Positions 29,515 to 40,857 of a stretch of DNA of 64,000 bases are shown in pieces (the first letter of the stretch is position 1; each line of letters opens with the position of its first letter). The notes beneath the pieces were generated by a model. It saw only the letters and a list, made by a program, of their open reading frames with translations, searched no databases and was not told where the DNA came from. Position numbers and translations under genes: made by a program. Source of the stretch: Myxococcales bacterium (GTDB lineage: Bacteria; Myxococcota_A; Polyangia; Polyangiales; Polyangiaceae); the NCBI GenBank assembly GCA_021847645.1, contig JAJZQG010000003.1:26775-90774 (forward strand), given 5' to 3'.

Positions 29515-31401
29515 ATGCGCCGAAATAGCCTGATCTTGTCCCTTGGGATGCTGGTTGCCGTGGGGTGTGGCGGAGGCTCCTCGCCCGCGGGCGGGGCGAC
29601 GGGCGGAACAGGGGGAACCGGCGGAACCGACGTGGAAGCTGGCGGCACGGGCGGCACGGCTACCGGCGGCACGGGCGGCACGGCCACCGGCGGCACCGGA
29701 GGCGGTGCGGACGCGGGTCCCATCGACCCGTGCGCGAACGTGGACGCCATCCGGGCAACGTGCGGTGCTCTCCCTTCGCACTTCGCGCAGTCGACTACGC
29801 TGCCGAAGGGCTGCTACCACGCGGACGCCACGCCGACCCTCGCGGCTGGCGTGACGCTGACGATCTCTCCTGGAACGACCCTGATCTTCGCCGACGGCGC
29901 CGGTTTGACCGTCGAGGCCGACCAGGCGCTGGTCGCGGTCGGAACGCAGGACGAGCCAATTTGCATGACAGGCGATACGGCGCAGCGAGGGGCGTGGGAC
30001 GGCGTGCGCCTGGGGCGCACCGAGGGCAGCGACGACCAGCTCGATTATGTGACCATCGAGTACGCGGGCAGTACCACGGTCGACCCCGAAAACGCCGCGC
30101 TCAAGCTGTCCTCCGACAGCCGCCCCGTTCGCCTGAGCCTGACGAACACGACCGTGCGCGAGAGCCAGGGGCACGGCTTGTATCTGGTGGCCAGTGCCGA
30201 CCTCACGTCTTTCTCCAACAACAGCTTCACCGCGAACACGAAGGGACCGGCCAACGTCGACTCCGACGTGGCGGGCTTGCTGGACACCACGTCGTCCTAC
30301 ACGGGTAACGACGTCGACGAGATCACGGTCCGCACGAACAACGTCAGCAAGAACGCCACGTGGCATTCGCTGGGAGTGCCCTATCACCTCATGGGCAACC
30401 TGGATGCCGTCGTGCCGTGGACCATCGAGGCGCCCAACACCTTGATCGCAGCCGAGGGGACGCGGATCAGCGTGGGCGGCGACGCGGCGGCGCTGCACGC
30501 GGTCGGGACTGCCACCGACCCGATCGTGTTTACGGGTGAGACCAAGCAGCGAGGCTTTTGGAACGGCCTGGTCTTCGACGGCACCAACAACGCTTCGAAC
30601 GAGCTGACGTACGTTACGGTGGAGTACGCGGGCAATACCGCGCACGACGCGGCCAATGCGGGAGTCAAGGCGATCGCGGACAGCCATGGCGTGACGCTCA
30701 CCATCTCCCACACGACGATGCAGGAGAATCAGGGATACGGTCTCTTCCTCACGGGCAGCGCCACGCTGCCTGGCTTCGCCAACAACACCTTCACCAAGAA
30801 CACCCTCGGACCGGTGAACGTGGGCTCGCTCGCGGTCCACCAGCTGGACACCGCCTCGAGCTACACCGGTAACGACCTCGACCGCGTGCGCGTGCGCGAC
30901 AGCTATGTCAACGAGACGGTGACCTGGCTGGATCTGGGCGTGCCGTATCAGCTGGAGTCCAACATCCACGTGGGCAAGGTGTGGACTCTGGCCCCGGGCG
31001 TGACGCTGATGATGGCGCAGAGTTGCTGGATCAGCGTGGCGAGCGACGACGCCGGGTTCCACGCGGTCGGCACGGCACAGAAGCCGATTACCATCACCGG
31101 CGTCGAGCCGACGAGCGGCTACTGGCACGGCATCATCTTCGACGGGACGCTCAACGCCGCCAACGCGCTGGAGTACGCAACGGTGGAGAACGGCGGTTCG
31201 ACCACCGGCGGCGGTGAGCAGGGCATGATCACGGCGCAGTCCGACAGCCACGGAGTGGCACTGTCCGTGAAGAGCTCGACCATCCGCGGCAGCGCGCAGT
31301 ACGGCATCTGGCTGGGCATGTGGGCCAGCTACAACGACGACATCGACTCCGCCAATACCTTCGCCGACAACGCGGGCGGCAACGTCTTCCGCCAGCAGTG
31401 A
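29515..31401 (+). CDS. secreted lipoprotein with Gly/Thr-rich linker and three tandem ~150-aa beta-helix-like repeats
   Basis: SD GGAGGTG. Lipobox LVAVGC. Linker (GGTGGTGGT)n. The unit ...PI.FTG....G.W.G..F.GT.....L.YVT.EYAG......NA..K...DS..V.L....T...SQG.GL.L.....L..F.NN.FT.NT.GP.NV is repeated three times. Confidence 0.75.
   Translation: MRRNSLILSLGMLVAVGCGGGSSPAGGATGGTGGTGGTDVEAGGTGGTATGGTGGTATGGTGGGADAGPIDPCANVDAIRATCGALPSHFAQSTTLPKGCYHADATPTLAAGVTLTISPGTTLIFADGAGLTVEADQALVAVGTQDEPICMTGDTAQRGAWDGVRLGRTEGSDDQLDYVTIEYAGSTTVDPENAALKLSSDSRPVRLSLTNTTVRESQGHGLYLVASADLTSFSNNSFTANTKGPANVDSDVAGLLDTTSSYTGNDVDEITVRTNNVSKNATWHSLGVPYHLMGNLDAVVPWTIEAPNTLIAAEGTRISVGGDAAALHAVGTATDPIVFTGETKQRGFWNGLVFDGTNNASNELTYVTVEYAGNTAHDAANAGVKAIADSHGVTLTISHTTMQENQGYGLFLTGSATLPGFANNTFTKNTLGPVNVGSLAVHQLDTASSYTGNDLDRVRVRDSYVNETVTWLDLGVPYQLESNIHVGKVWTLAPGVTLMMAQSCWISVASDDAGFHAVGTAQKPITITGVEPTSGYWHGIIFDGTLNAANALEYATVENGGSTTGGGEQGMITAQSDSHGVALSVKSSTIRGSAQYGIWLGMWASYNDDIDSANTFADNAGGNVFRQQ
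29641..29700 (+). repeat. coding tandem repeat (2 x 30 bp, Gly/Thr codons) inside the lipoprotein linker
   Basis: ggcggcacgggcggcacggctaccggc is followed by a near-identical copy. Confidence 0.6.
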
Positions 31402-31420
31402 CGTCCACCGCGCCTCCGCG

Positions 31421-31890
31421 TCAGCGGCTGAGCGGAATGTGGCTCACCATCGCCTGCATGCTCCGCATGACCTCCGTGTAGCGCGTCATGTACAGCTTGG
31501 CGACCTCGCGCGTCACCTCGAGCCCCGCCTTGGGGTTCTTCTGCAACGTGTCGAGCATCACCGACGCATCGATCGCGATCATGGTCGTCGGCTCGACCGC
31601 GACGGCCGCGGCCGTGTAGCGCTCGCCGCCGAGCAGCGGAGCGATGCCGAACAACTCGCCGCGCGACACGCGCGAGATGAGCAGCCGGAAATCCTTCGAC
31701 ATGGCCGGCAGCATCATGTGCACCGCCCCCTCGATTACGAGCATCAGATGCGTCGCCCGATCGTCGTGTCGATAGATCGTTTCCCCCGCCTTGAACGAAC
31801 GCATCGTGGCGTGGCTGCTCACACGCTCGATCTCCTCATCGCTCAACGGCCGGAACAGATCATAGCCCCGCAGCGTCTGCTGGATGCTCA
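31421..31890 (-). CDS. stand-alone cyclic-nucleotide-binding (cNMP) domain protein
   Basis: MSIQQTLRGYDLFRPLSDEEIERV...GELFGIAPLLGGERYTAAAVA. No HTH region follows. Confidence 0.7.
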
Positions 31891-32058
31891 TCGGACCCTC
31901 CCCTGGTGGACGACACATGGAACGTAACCGTCGCCAGGGAATCCGTCGACCTCGCAGGTGCGCCAAAGCCGGGTGCCGGGCGCACACGCGTGCGGGGCGA
32001 TGGCGCTGCATACGCCCCGGACGTTGACTTGCGGGTGGCAGAGGGGGATTGCGGAAGG

Positions 32059-33996
<1,938 letters not shown>

Positions 33997-34273
33997 GTCG
34001 AGATGCTCCTCCGAAGCCTCACCTGGTGCACGCGGAACACGGGCCTGATGGCTGCGGAGAACCCGACTTTCGAGTCCCGCGTGGGGGTTGATGCGACGTT
34101 GTTGGTGCGCAACTCCTGCGCGCCGCGGCCAAAGTAACCATGGCGCCAACTCCGTCAACTGCGCGGCGCGCGTGGTTTTCGGGGAGATCGGCCGCTGTTG
34201 GTCGGGCGCAGGGGCTTGCCCGCCACCCAGGGTCGGCCGCTGGGGCGATTGTGCAGATGCTGACAGGTTCGGC

Positions 34274-34301
34274 TTGACATCCCCGTCGCCGCGAGTAGGC
34301 T
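34274..34301 (+). promoter_or_regulatory. candidate sigma-70-like promoter for tRNA-Ala (TTGACA-16nt-TAGGCT)
   Basis: TTGACA at 34274-34279 and TAGGCT at 34296-34301 lie about 45 nt upstream of the tRNA 5' end. Confidence 0.3.
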
Positions 34302-34319
34302 CCGCGCGTTGCTTCGGCA

Positions 34320-34328
34320 CCCCCCCCC
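34320..34328. repeat. C9 homopolymer tract
   Basis: acCCCCCCCCCgc lies between the candidate promoter and the tRNA, in the dnaK upstream region. Confidence 0.9.
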
Positions 34329-34342
34329 GCAACATCAGTCCG

Positions 34343-34422
<80 letters not shown>

Positions 34423-34535
34423 GTCGGGGATGCTCCGTTGCCGCGCGAGGCGGAGTAGCAGTGGACACCCGCTCGCGCGACTCATCCCACGTCGCACTTG
34501 ACCCGCGCGGTGCGCCGGACCACTTTGCGTGCGCC

Positions 34536-35204
34536 ATGCGCAGACCCTCCGTCGCAGCAGCCAGCGCCTCTGCCGCCGTCGTGCTCGCCGTCGCGTCGCT
34601 CGCACCCGATGCGCAAGCGCAAACTGCTGCCGGCAACCACGAAGCGGAAGTCTCCAAGCCCTACGAACGGCGTGGCGGATTCGTGCTCGGGACCGTGCTC
34701 GGAGCCGCACTCGGCACCGCCAGCGGCAACCCCAAGGGCCAGAACTACCGCTTCGATCCTGCCTACGAAGCCAAGCTCGGCTTCGCTTGGGGATACCGCT
34801 GCACCCCGTTCCTCGGCGGCGCCCTGACTGATTGGCTGACCGTCGGCATCGGCGCGTCGTTTGGCTCCATGTGGACCGGCGAACACCACGACGCCACCGT
34901 CACCTCGTTCGTCTTTCACTTCGAGGCATTCCCCCTGTACGCCAAGGGTGGGCCGTGGCGAGACCTCGGCGCCATGGTCGACTTCGGCGCCGGCGTGGGG
35001 ACCATCCACAACACTCGCACCGGCGAGGAACTCGCCAACTCGGCGGTCGCTTCCACCGCTGGCCTCGGCGTGTTCTGGGAGCCCTGGCGCATCTGGCACG
35101 TGGCCGCCGGCCCTGCCGTCGCCTACCAGCGAAACTGGAGCCAGTGGTACGAGCGTGACGACGTGCTCGTGGGGCTTCGGGGAGTATTCTACGGGGCACC
35201 GTGA
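34536..35204 (+). CDS. secreted hypothetical protein (possible small beta-barrel/OMP-like)
   Basis: Signal MRRPSVAAASASAAVVLAVASLAPDAQAQ. Aromatic/Gly-rich. Ends YGAP. Confidence 0.55.
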   Translation: MRRPSVAAASASAAVVLAVASLAPDAQAQTAAGNHEAEVSKPYERRGGFVLGTVLGAALGTASGNPKGQNYRFDPAYEAKLGFAWGYRCTPFLGGALTDWLTVGIGASFGSMWTGEHHDATVTSFVFHFEAFPLYAKGGPWRDLGAMVDFGAGVGTIHNTRTGEELANSAVASTAGLGVFWEPWRIWHVAAGPAVAYQRNWSQWYERDDVLVGLRGVFYGAP

Positions 35205-35248
35205 GCCGCGGCACATGACGCGCCGGTGGCATCAGGCAGGCGGGATGG

Positions 35249-35920
35249 TCAGCAGGGCTGCAGGACCTTGGTGTCGGCCTCGTCCAGGTAGCGCGACAGG
35301 CGGCCAACGCTCTCGGCCAGATGCTCGTTGAGCACGCGTACGCCGGGCGGGGTCTGGGGACGAATCGGGGCGAAGTTCCAGATGACGCGGATGCCGGCCG
35401 CCGCCATGCGGTCAATGACCGCCTGCGCGTTTTCGGCCGGAACCGTCACCACGCCGAGCTTGGCGCCCGTCTTGTTGATGACATCTTCGAGCTGGTCGAT
35501 GGTCTCGATGCGATGACGGCCGACCTCTTGGCCGATCTTGGTGGAGTCGCGGTCGAACACCGCCTCCAGATGGACGCCGTGACGCTCGAGGGTGCCGGAG
35601 CGCACCAGGGCCACGCCCATGTTGCCGACGCCGACCAGGACCGCGGCGCGCTGGGTCTGCTCGTCGACGTGACGCTCCAGGGCGGTGATGACTTCGGCCA
35701 CGGGGTAGCCGACGTGGGGCTTGCCGATAACACCGAGGCAGGCCATGTCCTTGCGCACCAGGGTGCCGTCGACGTGCAACTCGCGACCGCACGCGTCGGA
35801 CGACACGTAGGTCTTTCCGGCGTTACGCGCTGCGTCCACGATCTCGCGATATCGTGCAAGTCGTCCGGCTAGTGCTCGTGACAGTTTCCTCTGCGCTCTT
35901 GCTTGTACTGTGTCTGCCAT
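35249..35920 (-). CDS. rex: redox-sensing transcriptional repressor Rex
   Basis: MADTVQARAQRKLSRALAGRLARY (wHTH) plus Rossmann GVGNMG. Confidence 0.8.
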   Translation of the reverse strand: MADTVQARAQRKLSRALAGRLARYREIVDAARNAGKTYVSSDACGRELHVDGTLVRKDMACLGVIGKPHVGYPVAEVITALERHVDEQTQRAAVLVGVGNMGVALVRSGTLERHGVHLEAVFDRDSTKIGQEVGRHRIETIDQLEDVINKTGAKLGVVTVPAENAQAVIDRMAAAGIRVIWNFAPIRPQTPPGVRVLNEHLAESVGRLSRYLDEADTKVLQPC

Positions 35921-36116
35921 TTTCGTTGGCCTCCGGTCTGGAGCCGTGGGTCCCCTCGTCCGCGCGGCCACTGTCTAGTCGTGAGCGTAGTAGGACGGGG
36001 TCGCCGATCAAGCATTAGCGACCGGTGACACCAAGAAGTCACGGTTGGCCTCCATTGGCTTATAACCATGCGAAATTCAAAACGAAACCACGTAGCAAAA
36101 ACCCTTATACGTGTCG

Positions 36117-36132
36117 TTCACGATTTCGCGAA
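36117..36132. promoter_or_regulatory. imperfect palindrome TTCACGATTTCGCGAA in the AT-richer rex upstream region (Rex-operator-like half-sites)
   Basis: Seen in sequence. A second TTCACA half-site lies at 36202-36207. Confidence 0.2.
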
Positions 36133-36455
36133 ATAGGTCTTGCGCGCCGCGTAGAAACCGTTCCACGCACTTCGGCGGCCTCCCCGACGGTACGTCCGTG
36201 GTTCACAGATCGTGCGGAAAACTCTGTCGTGCTACGACACAACCCCGCGTCCCGGGCCTCCGGCGCTGTGTGGCAAAAACCGTGATCCCCACAAACGCTC
36301 GGGAATTTGCCGCAAATTATTCGCGGATCAGCGCGCCCGTGGCGACCAACGCCCTCCCCACACCACCTCGAAACGCGCGTCGCCCTTGTTCTTGAGCCAT
36401 TTCGACGTGATCGCCGCGCCCCCAGCACGCGCCTTGGCGCCGCGCGCTACCGCCT

Positions 36456-37269
36456 TCACAGGCATGCGTTCGAGACACAGTCCTCGCCGGCCGCGCAATC
36501 GGCCTTCGTCACGCACTGCGGATCCGCCTCCGCCTCGCTCTTGCAGATACCGCCGTCGCAAACCGGAATCCGCGCGTCGATCAACTCGCACTCGCTGCCC
36601 GTCGTGCACGCATAGCGGCAGTAGCCCTCCACGCAGGTCTGGGCCGCGGTGCACACCGACGGGTCCTTTTCGCAAGGCGCCTGCGGTTGCGGGTCCGCAA
36701 TGCACGTACTCGTGGACGCGTCACAGATCTCGGTTGCCGCGCAGTCCGCGTTCGACCCGCAGGCGCCCACGCACACTCCGCCCGAGCACACCATGCCGCC
36801 GAGACACGGGTTGGTCGCGCTGCACTGCGGATTCGTCGCGTCGACCTCGCACACCTTCTTGGCATTGCACACGAAGTTCGCCGGGCACGAGTTCGCGTCG
36901 CATCCCACGACGCACTTGCCGTTGACGCAGATGCGCCCGCCGCCGCATTGGGAGGTGTACTCGCAGGGCACCAGACACAGCCCGTCGATGCATTCGGTAT
37001 TCCCTTGGCAAGCGTCACTGCTCGCGCATGGGCACGTGGTGCTGGCCGGATCACACGTGGCCGCGTCGGATGCCGTGCCCTCGCTCCCGCCCGTGCCGCT
37101 TGCCGTGGGCTCTGCGGGGCGGCAGCCGTACGCGTCGCAGACCGAACAACCGTTCGGTCCGCAGGAGGCCTGCTCGTGGCCGGCGCCGCACCCGGTGGCC
37201 GACAGGGGGACCAGCAAGGCACAGCACGATCCGAGGGCGAGGACGAGGGGCGAGAATGGGTGAGCCATG
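36456..37269 (-). CDS. secreted Cys-rich repeat protein (Myxococcus-type cysteine-rich repeats)
   Basis: Signal MAHPFSPLVLALGSCCALLVPLSATGC. GxCxxxxC-type repeats occur more than ten times. Confidence 0.65.
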
Positions 37270-37639
37270 GGACCTCCTGAGCGGGGCGTTGGCGGTCTTC
37301 CTATCCAACAGCCGTGCCAGGCAGGATGGGTCTGACCCAAGTCGCCGCGGAGCAATGGGTGACTGCATCCCGGCTCGGGCGGGGGCTCGCGCACGGTCTC
37401 GCGCTCGACCGGAGGGCTCCATTGTTTCTGCTCGGCGACCGAGGTTGACAGGTGCTGTCCCCGCGTGGGTTCGGGTCCAAGAGGAACGGCACATGGCCAG
37501 GACCGCCCGCGTTAGCCGTGAACCCGTTGTCCCAGGCCTCGTGAACCCAGCTTCACACTCCTGTCGCGCTCCGCGCCCTCCATCCTGGACCCGCGCTCCG
37601 CTCCCCGCGCTTGACCACCCGTGCGCCGAAGGCTAGGGG

Positions 37640-38275
37640 TTGCAGACCATGACTCGTACCCGTTCCGTGCGTCTGATCGTCGCCTTGCTTTCGATCGCCG
37701 TGGTCTTGTTGGTCGCCCCCGCCGCGTTCGCCCAGATGAAGTTCGCTGTGGTGGACGTCCAGCGCGCCGTGATGGAGACCGAAGACGGCCTCCGCGCCCA
37801 AGCCACCCTCAAGAAGCTGTTCGACAAGCGCCAGAAGGAGCTCGACACACGTCAAGAGCGGCTCCAGCGCGAGCGCGACGACATCGAGAAGCAGCAGCGC
37901 GTTCTCTCGCGGGACGCTCTGCAGCGTCGCACGGACGAGTGGCAGCGCCAGGCGGTGGAGCTGCAGGGCGTGTTCGTGGAGTTCAACAAGGAGCTCCAAA
38001 AGAAGCAGAACGAGCTCACCCAGCCCATCCTCAACCGCGTGCTGAGCGTGCTCCGGCAGATCGCGTCGCAGGACGGCTACGACGGCGTGTTCGACCGCAA
38101 TTCCGTGCCGTACGTCCGCAACGACCTCGACATCACGGACAGGCTCATTCAGCGCTACAACGCCACATCGACCACGCCTGCCACGGGCGACTCGTCCGGC
38201 ACGCCGGCCCCGCGGGCGCCCGCCGCTCCGCCCGCTCCTCCTGCCGCGCAGCCACGGCCTGCCGGCTCGCACTGA
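37640..38275 (+). CDS. skp: OmpH/Skp periplasmic chaperone
   Basis: Signal plus MKFAVVDVQRAVMETEDG and a coiled-coil. It is the first gene of the lpxD-fabZ-lpxA block. Confidence 0.8.
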   Translation: MQTMTRTRSVRLIVALLSIAVVLLVAPAAFAQMKFAVVDVQRAVMETEDGLRAQATLKKLFDKRQKELDTRQERLQRERDDIEKQQRVLSRDALQRRTDEWQRQAVELQGVFVEFNKELQKKQNELTQPILNRVLSVLRQIASQDGYDGVFDRNSVPYVRNDLDITDRLIQRYNATSTTPATGDSSGTPAPRAPAAPPAPPAAQPRPAGSH

Positions 38276-38293
38276 CCTGCGGCGGCCTTCCAC

Positions 38294-39277
38294 GTGACTA
38301 CCGCGCGTGACGACACCCCGTCGGACGGAGCCACCGCGCGCGGCGTGTACCTGCAAAGCCCGTTGAGCTTGCGCTCGCTGTGCGACGAGCTCGGCGGTCA
38401 GCTCGATGCGGCGATCGAAGACGCGGTCATCGACAAGGTGGCGGCGGTGGAAGACGCGGACGCGCGAAGCCTGGCGCCGGTGCTGTCCTCGCGAGGCAGC
38501 TCGGCGTGCCGGGCGAGCAGCGCGGTCCTGCTGGTCGACGCTGCGTGGGCGTCGTCCGTGCCGCAAGGCAGACGCTGGGTCCACACGCATGCCCGCTGGG
38601 TGATGGCGTCGATTCTGCGAGGAGCCGAGCGGGCCAGCGCCGAGCGGATCAGTCCCCGCGCGGTGATCGAGCCGGGTGCGACGATCGGGGTCCGGGTGCG
38701 GGTGGGGCCGGGCGCGGTGGTGATGGCGGGCAGCCGCATCGGAGATGACTGCGCCATCGAGCCGAACGCGGTGGTCTACGGCGGGGTCCGCATGGGGGCT
38801 CGCGTGCTGATCGGCGCCGGCGCGGTCGTGGGGCGTCCCGGGTTCGGTTGGGCGACCGGGCCGCGTGGGGAAGTGTGCCGCGTGCCGCAGCTGGGCGGCG
38901 TCGAGATCGAGGACGACGTGGAGGTGGGGGCGCTGGCGACGGTGGACGCCGGCACGCTGGGCCCGACGAGGCTGCGTCGAGGGTGCAAGCTCGACGCCCA
39001 CGTGCACGTGGGCCACAACGTGGAGATCGGCGCCGGGACGATGATCGCGGCGCAGTCGGGGTTCGCCGGATCGGCGCGTGTGGGCGCGGGCGTGTTGGTC
39101 GGTGGCCAGGCCGGTGTCGCGGACCATGTGGTCATCGGCGACGGCGCACGTCTCGCGGGCAAGGCAGGCGTGATTGGGAATGTTGCCCCCGGCGCCACGG
39201 TGGCGGGGTATCCTGCGGTCGAACGCATGCGATGGCTGCGTTCAGTGGCGACGTCCCTGCGAGGCCGATCGACGTGA
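38294..39277 (+). CDS. lpxD: UDP-3-O-acylglucosamine N-acyltransferase LpxD
   Basis: Left-handed beta-helix hexapeptide repeats; gene order. Confidence 0.85.
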   Translation: MTTARDDTPSDGATARGVYLQSPLSLRSLCDELGGQLDAAIEDAVIDKVAAVEDADARSLAPVLSSRGSSACRASSAVLLVDAAWASSVPQGRRWVHTHARWVMASILRGAERASAERISPRAVIEPGATIGVRVRVGPGAVVMAGSRIGDDCAIEPNAVVYGGVRMGARVLIGAGAVVGRPGFGWATGPRGEVCRVPQLGGVEIEDDVEVGALATVDAGTLGPTRLRRGCKLDAHVHVGHNVEIGAGTMIAAQSGFAGSARVGAGVLVGGQAGVADHVVIGDGARLAGKAGVIGNVAPGATVAGYPAVERMRWLRSVATSLRGRST

Positions 39278-39738
39278 GTGCCCCTGACAAGACGGTACGG
39301 CTCGATATCCACCGGATCCTGCAGATCCTGCCGCATCGGTTTCCGTTCGTGATGGTCGACAGTGTCGACGAGATCGTGCCGTACAAGTTCGTGCGCGGGC
39401 ACAAGTGCGTCTCGTACAACGAGCCCTGGTTCCAGGGTCACTTCCCGCACCGTCCCATCATGCCCGGGGTGCTCATCCTCGAGTCGCTCGCGCAAGTCGG
39501 CGGCATCCTCGCGTACGCGTCCGAGCCCTTCGATCCCACCACGAACCTGATGTTCTTCCTGGGCATCGACAAGGCGAAGTTCCGTCACACGGTCGTGCCC
39601 GGAGACCGCCTCGACCTCGAGTGCCGTGTCATCCACCACCGGTCCAACGTGTGGAAGCTCAATGGCGAGGCGTCGGTCGGCGGCACGCTCTGCGCGCAGG
39701 GGGAGCTGCTCGCCACGATCGTCGATCGGGCACCCTGA
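39274..39738 (+). CDS. fabZ: 3-hydroxyacyl-ACP dehydratase FabZ
   Basis: GTG start overlapping the lpxD stop. ILPHRFPFVMVDSV...PWFQGHFPHRPIMPGVL. Confidence 0.9.
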   Translation: MSAPDKTVRLDIHRILQILPHRFPFVMVDSVDEIVPYKFVRGHKCVSYNEPWFQGHFPHRPIMPGVLILESLAQVGGILAYASEPFDPTTNLMFFLGIDKAKFRHTVVPGDRLDLECRVIHHRSNVWKLNGEASVGGTLCAQGELLATIVDRAP

Positions 39739-39753
39739 GCCCGGGAGTGACCC

Positions 39754-40533
39754 ATGGCGCCTGACATCCACCCGACTGCGGTCGTCGATCGCAACGCGCA
39801 GCTGGGCGACGAGGTCCACGTCGGGCCGTACTGCGTGATCGGTCCGTCGGTACGACTCGGGCGTGCGACGAGGCTGGTGGCGCACGTGACGGTGTTGGGG
39901 CCGTGCGAGCTGGGCGAGCGCAACGAGGTGTTCCCGTTTGCGGTGATCGGCGCGGCGCCGCAGGACCGCGGCTACCACGGCGAGCCGACGACGCTGGTCA
40001 TGGGCGACGACAACGTGGTGCGCGAGCACGTCACGGTGCATCGAGGCACGACCAAGCAGGAGGGTGTGACGCGGATCGGCAACCACACGATGCTGATGGT
40101 GGGAGCGCACGTGGCCCACGACTCGGTGATCGAAGACCATGTGACGCTGACCAACGGGACGATGCTCGGAGGGCATGTGCACGTGGGGGCGTGGGCGATC
40201 ACGGGCGGGGCGGTGGCTGTGGCGCCGTTCGTGCGCATCGGGGAATCGGCGTTTCTGGCGGGAGGGGCGATGGTGGAGCGGGACGTGCCGCCGTTCATGA
40301 TGGCCGCTGGGGACCGTGCGACGATTCGGGCGGTCAACCGGGTAGGGCTGGTTCGGCGGGCGGTGCCGGAAGCCTCGCGGGTGGCGATCAAGCGGGCGTT
40401 CCGCATGCTGTACCGGTCGGGAGAGCCGCGGGCCGAGGCGATGGCGGCGGTGGAGCGGGAGCTCGGCGATGATCCGTGGGTGGGGCGGATCCTCGCGTTC
40501 CTGAGGGAAGCGCGGCCGTTGCGGGTTGCGTGA
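39754..40533 (+). CDS. lpxA: acyl-ACP--UDP-GlcNAc O-acyltransferase LpxA
   Basis: MAPDIHPTAVVDRNAQLGDEVHVGPYCVIG; hexapeptide repeats. Confidence 0.9.
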   Translation: MAPDIHPTAVVDRNAQLGDEVHVGPYCVIGPSVRLGRATRLVAHVTVLGPCELGERNEVFPFAVIGAAPQDRGYHGEPTTLVMGDDNVVREHVTVHRGTTKQEGVTRIGNHTMLMVGAHVAHDSVIEDHVTLTNGTMLGGHVHVGAWAITGGAVAVAPFVRIGESAFLAGGAMVERDVPPFMMAAGDRATIRAVNRVGLVRRAVPEASRVAIKRAFRMLYRSGEPRAEAMAAVERELGDDPWVGRILAFLREARPLRVA

Positions 40534-40603
40534 GGCGTTGCGGACTGACGGGCGCGCGACGACTTCACGCGCCGCGCAGGTGACGGCTCCCAGAGCCCGT
40601 CAC

Positions 40604-40760
40604 CCGCCGTGGAACGCCCGCTGAATGGCGGCGATGTCGAGTTTGCCCATGTGCATGACGGCGTCGAACGCGCGCTCGCGCGCGGCCGGGTCTCCGCCGG
40701 CCATCCACGTCGCGAGGTTCGCGGGGACGATCTGCCAGGAGAGCCCGAAGCGATCCTTGA
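40604..40760 (-). pseudogene. possible C-terminal remnant of a PhnB/VOC (glyoxalase-like) family gene
   Basis: The minus-strand frame reads ...LLKDRFGLSWQIVPANLATWMAGGDPAARERAFDAVMHMGKLDIAAIQRAFHGG*. No in-frame upstream continuation exists. Confidence 0.25.
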
Positions 40761-40857
40761 GCAACCTCGTACAAGCGCGCGTCGAGCGCGCCGCGTTCGC
40801 AAGCCCCCCGCCGTGCCGGAGGGCGTCGACTTCCGAACGTTCTCTGACGGACGCCGT

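Noticed and set aside
34020-34090. sigma-32 type promoter or CIRCE element upstream of dnaK
   Set aside because: Only a weak CTCGAAA -35-like element is present, without a matching CCCCAT -10. No CIRCE inverted repeat was found.
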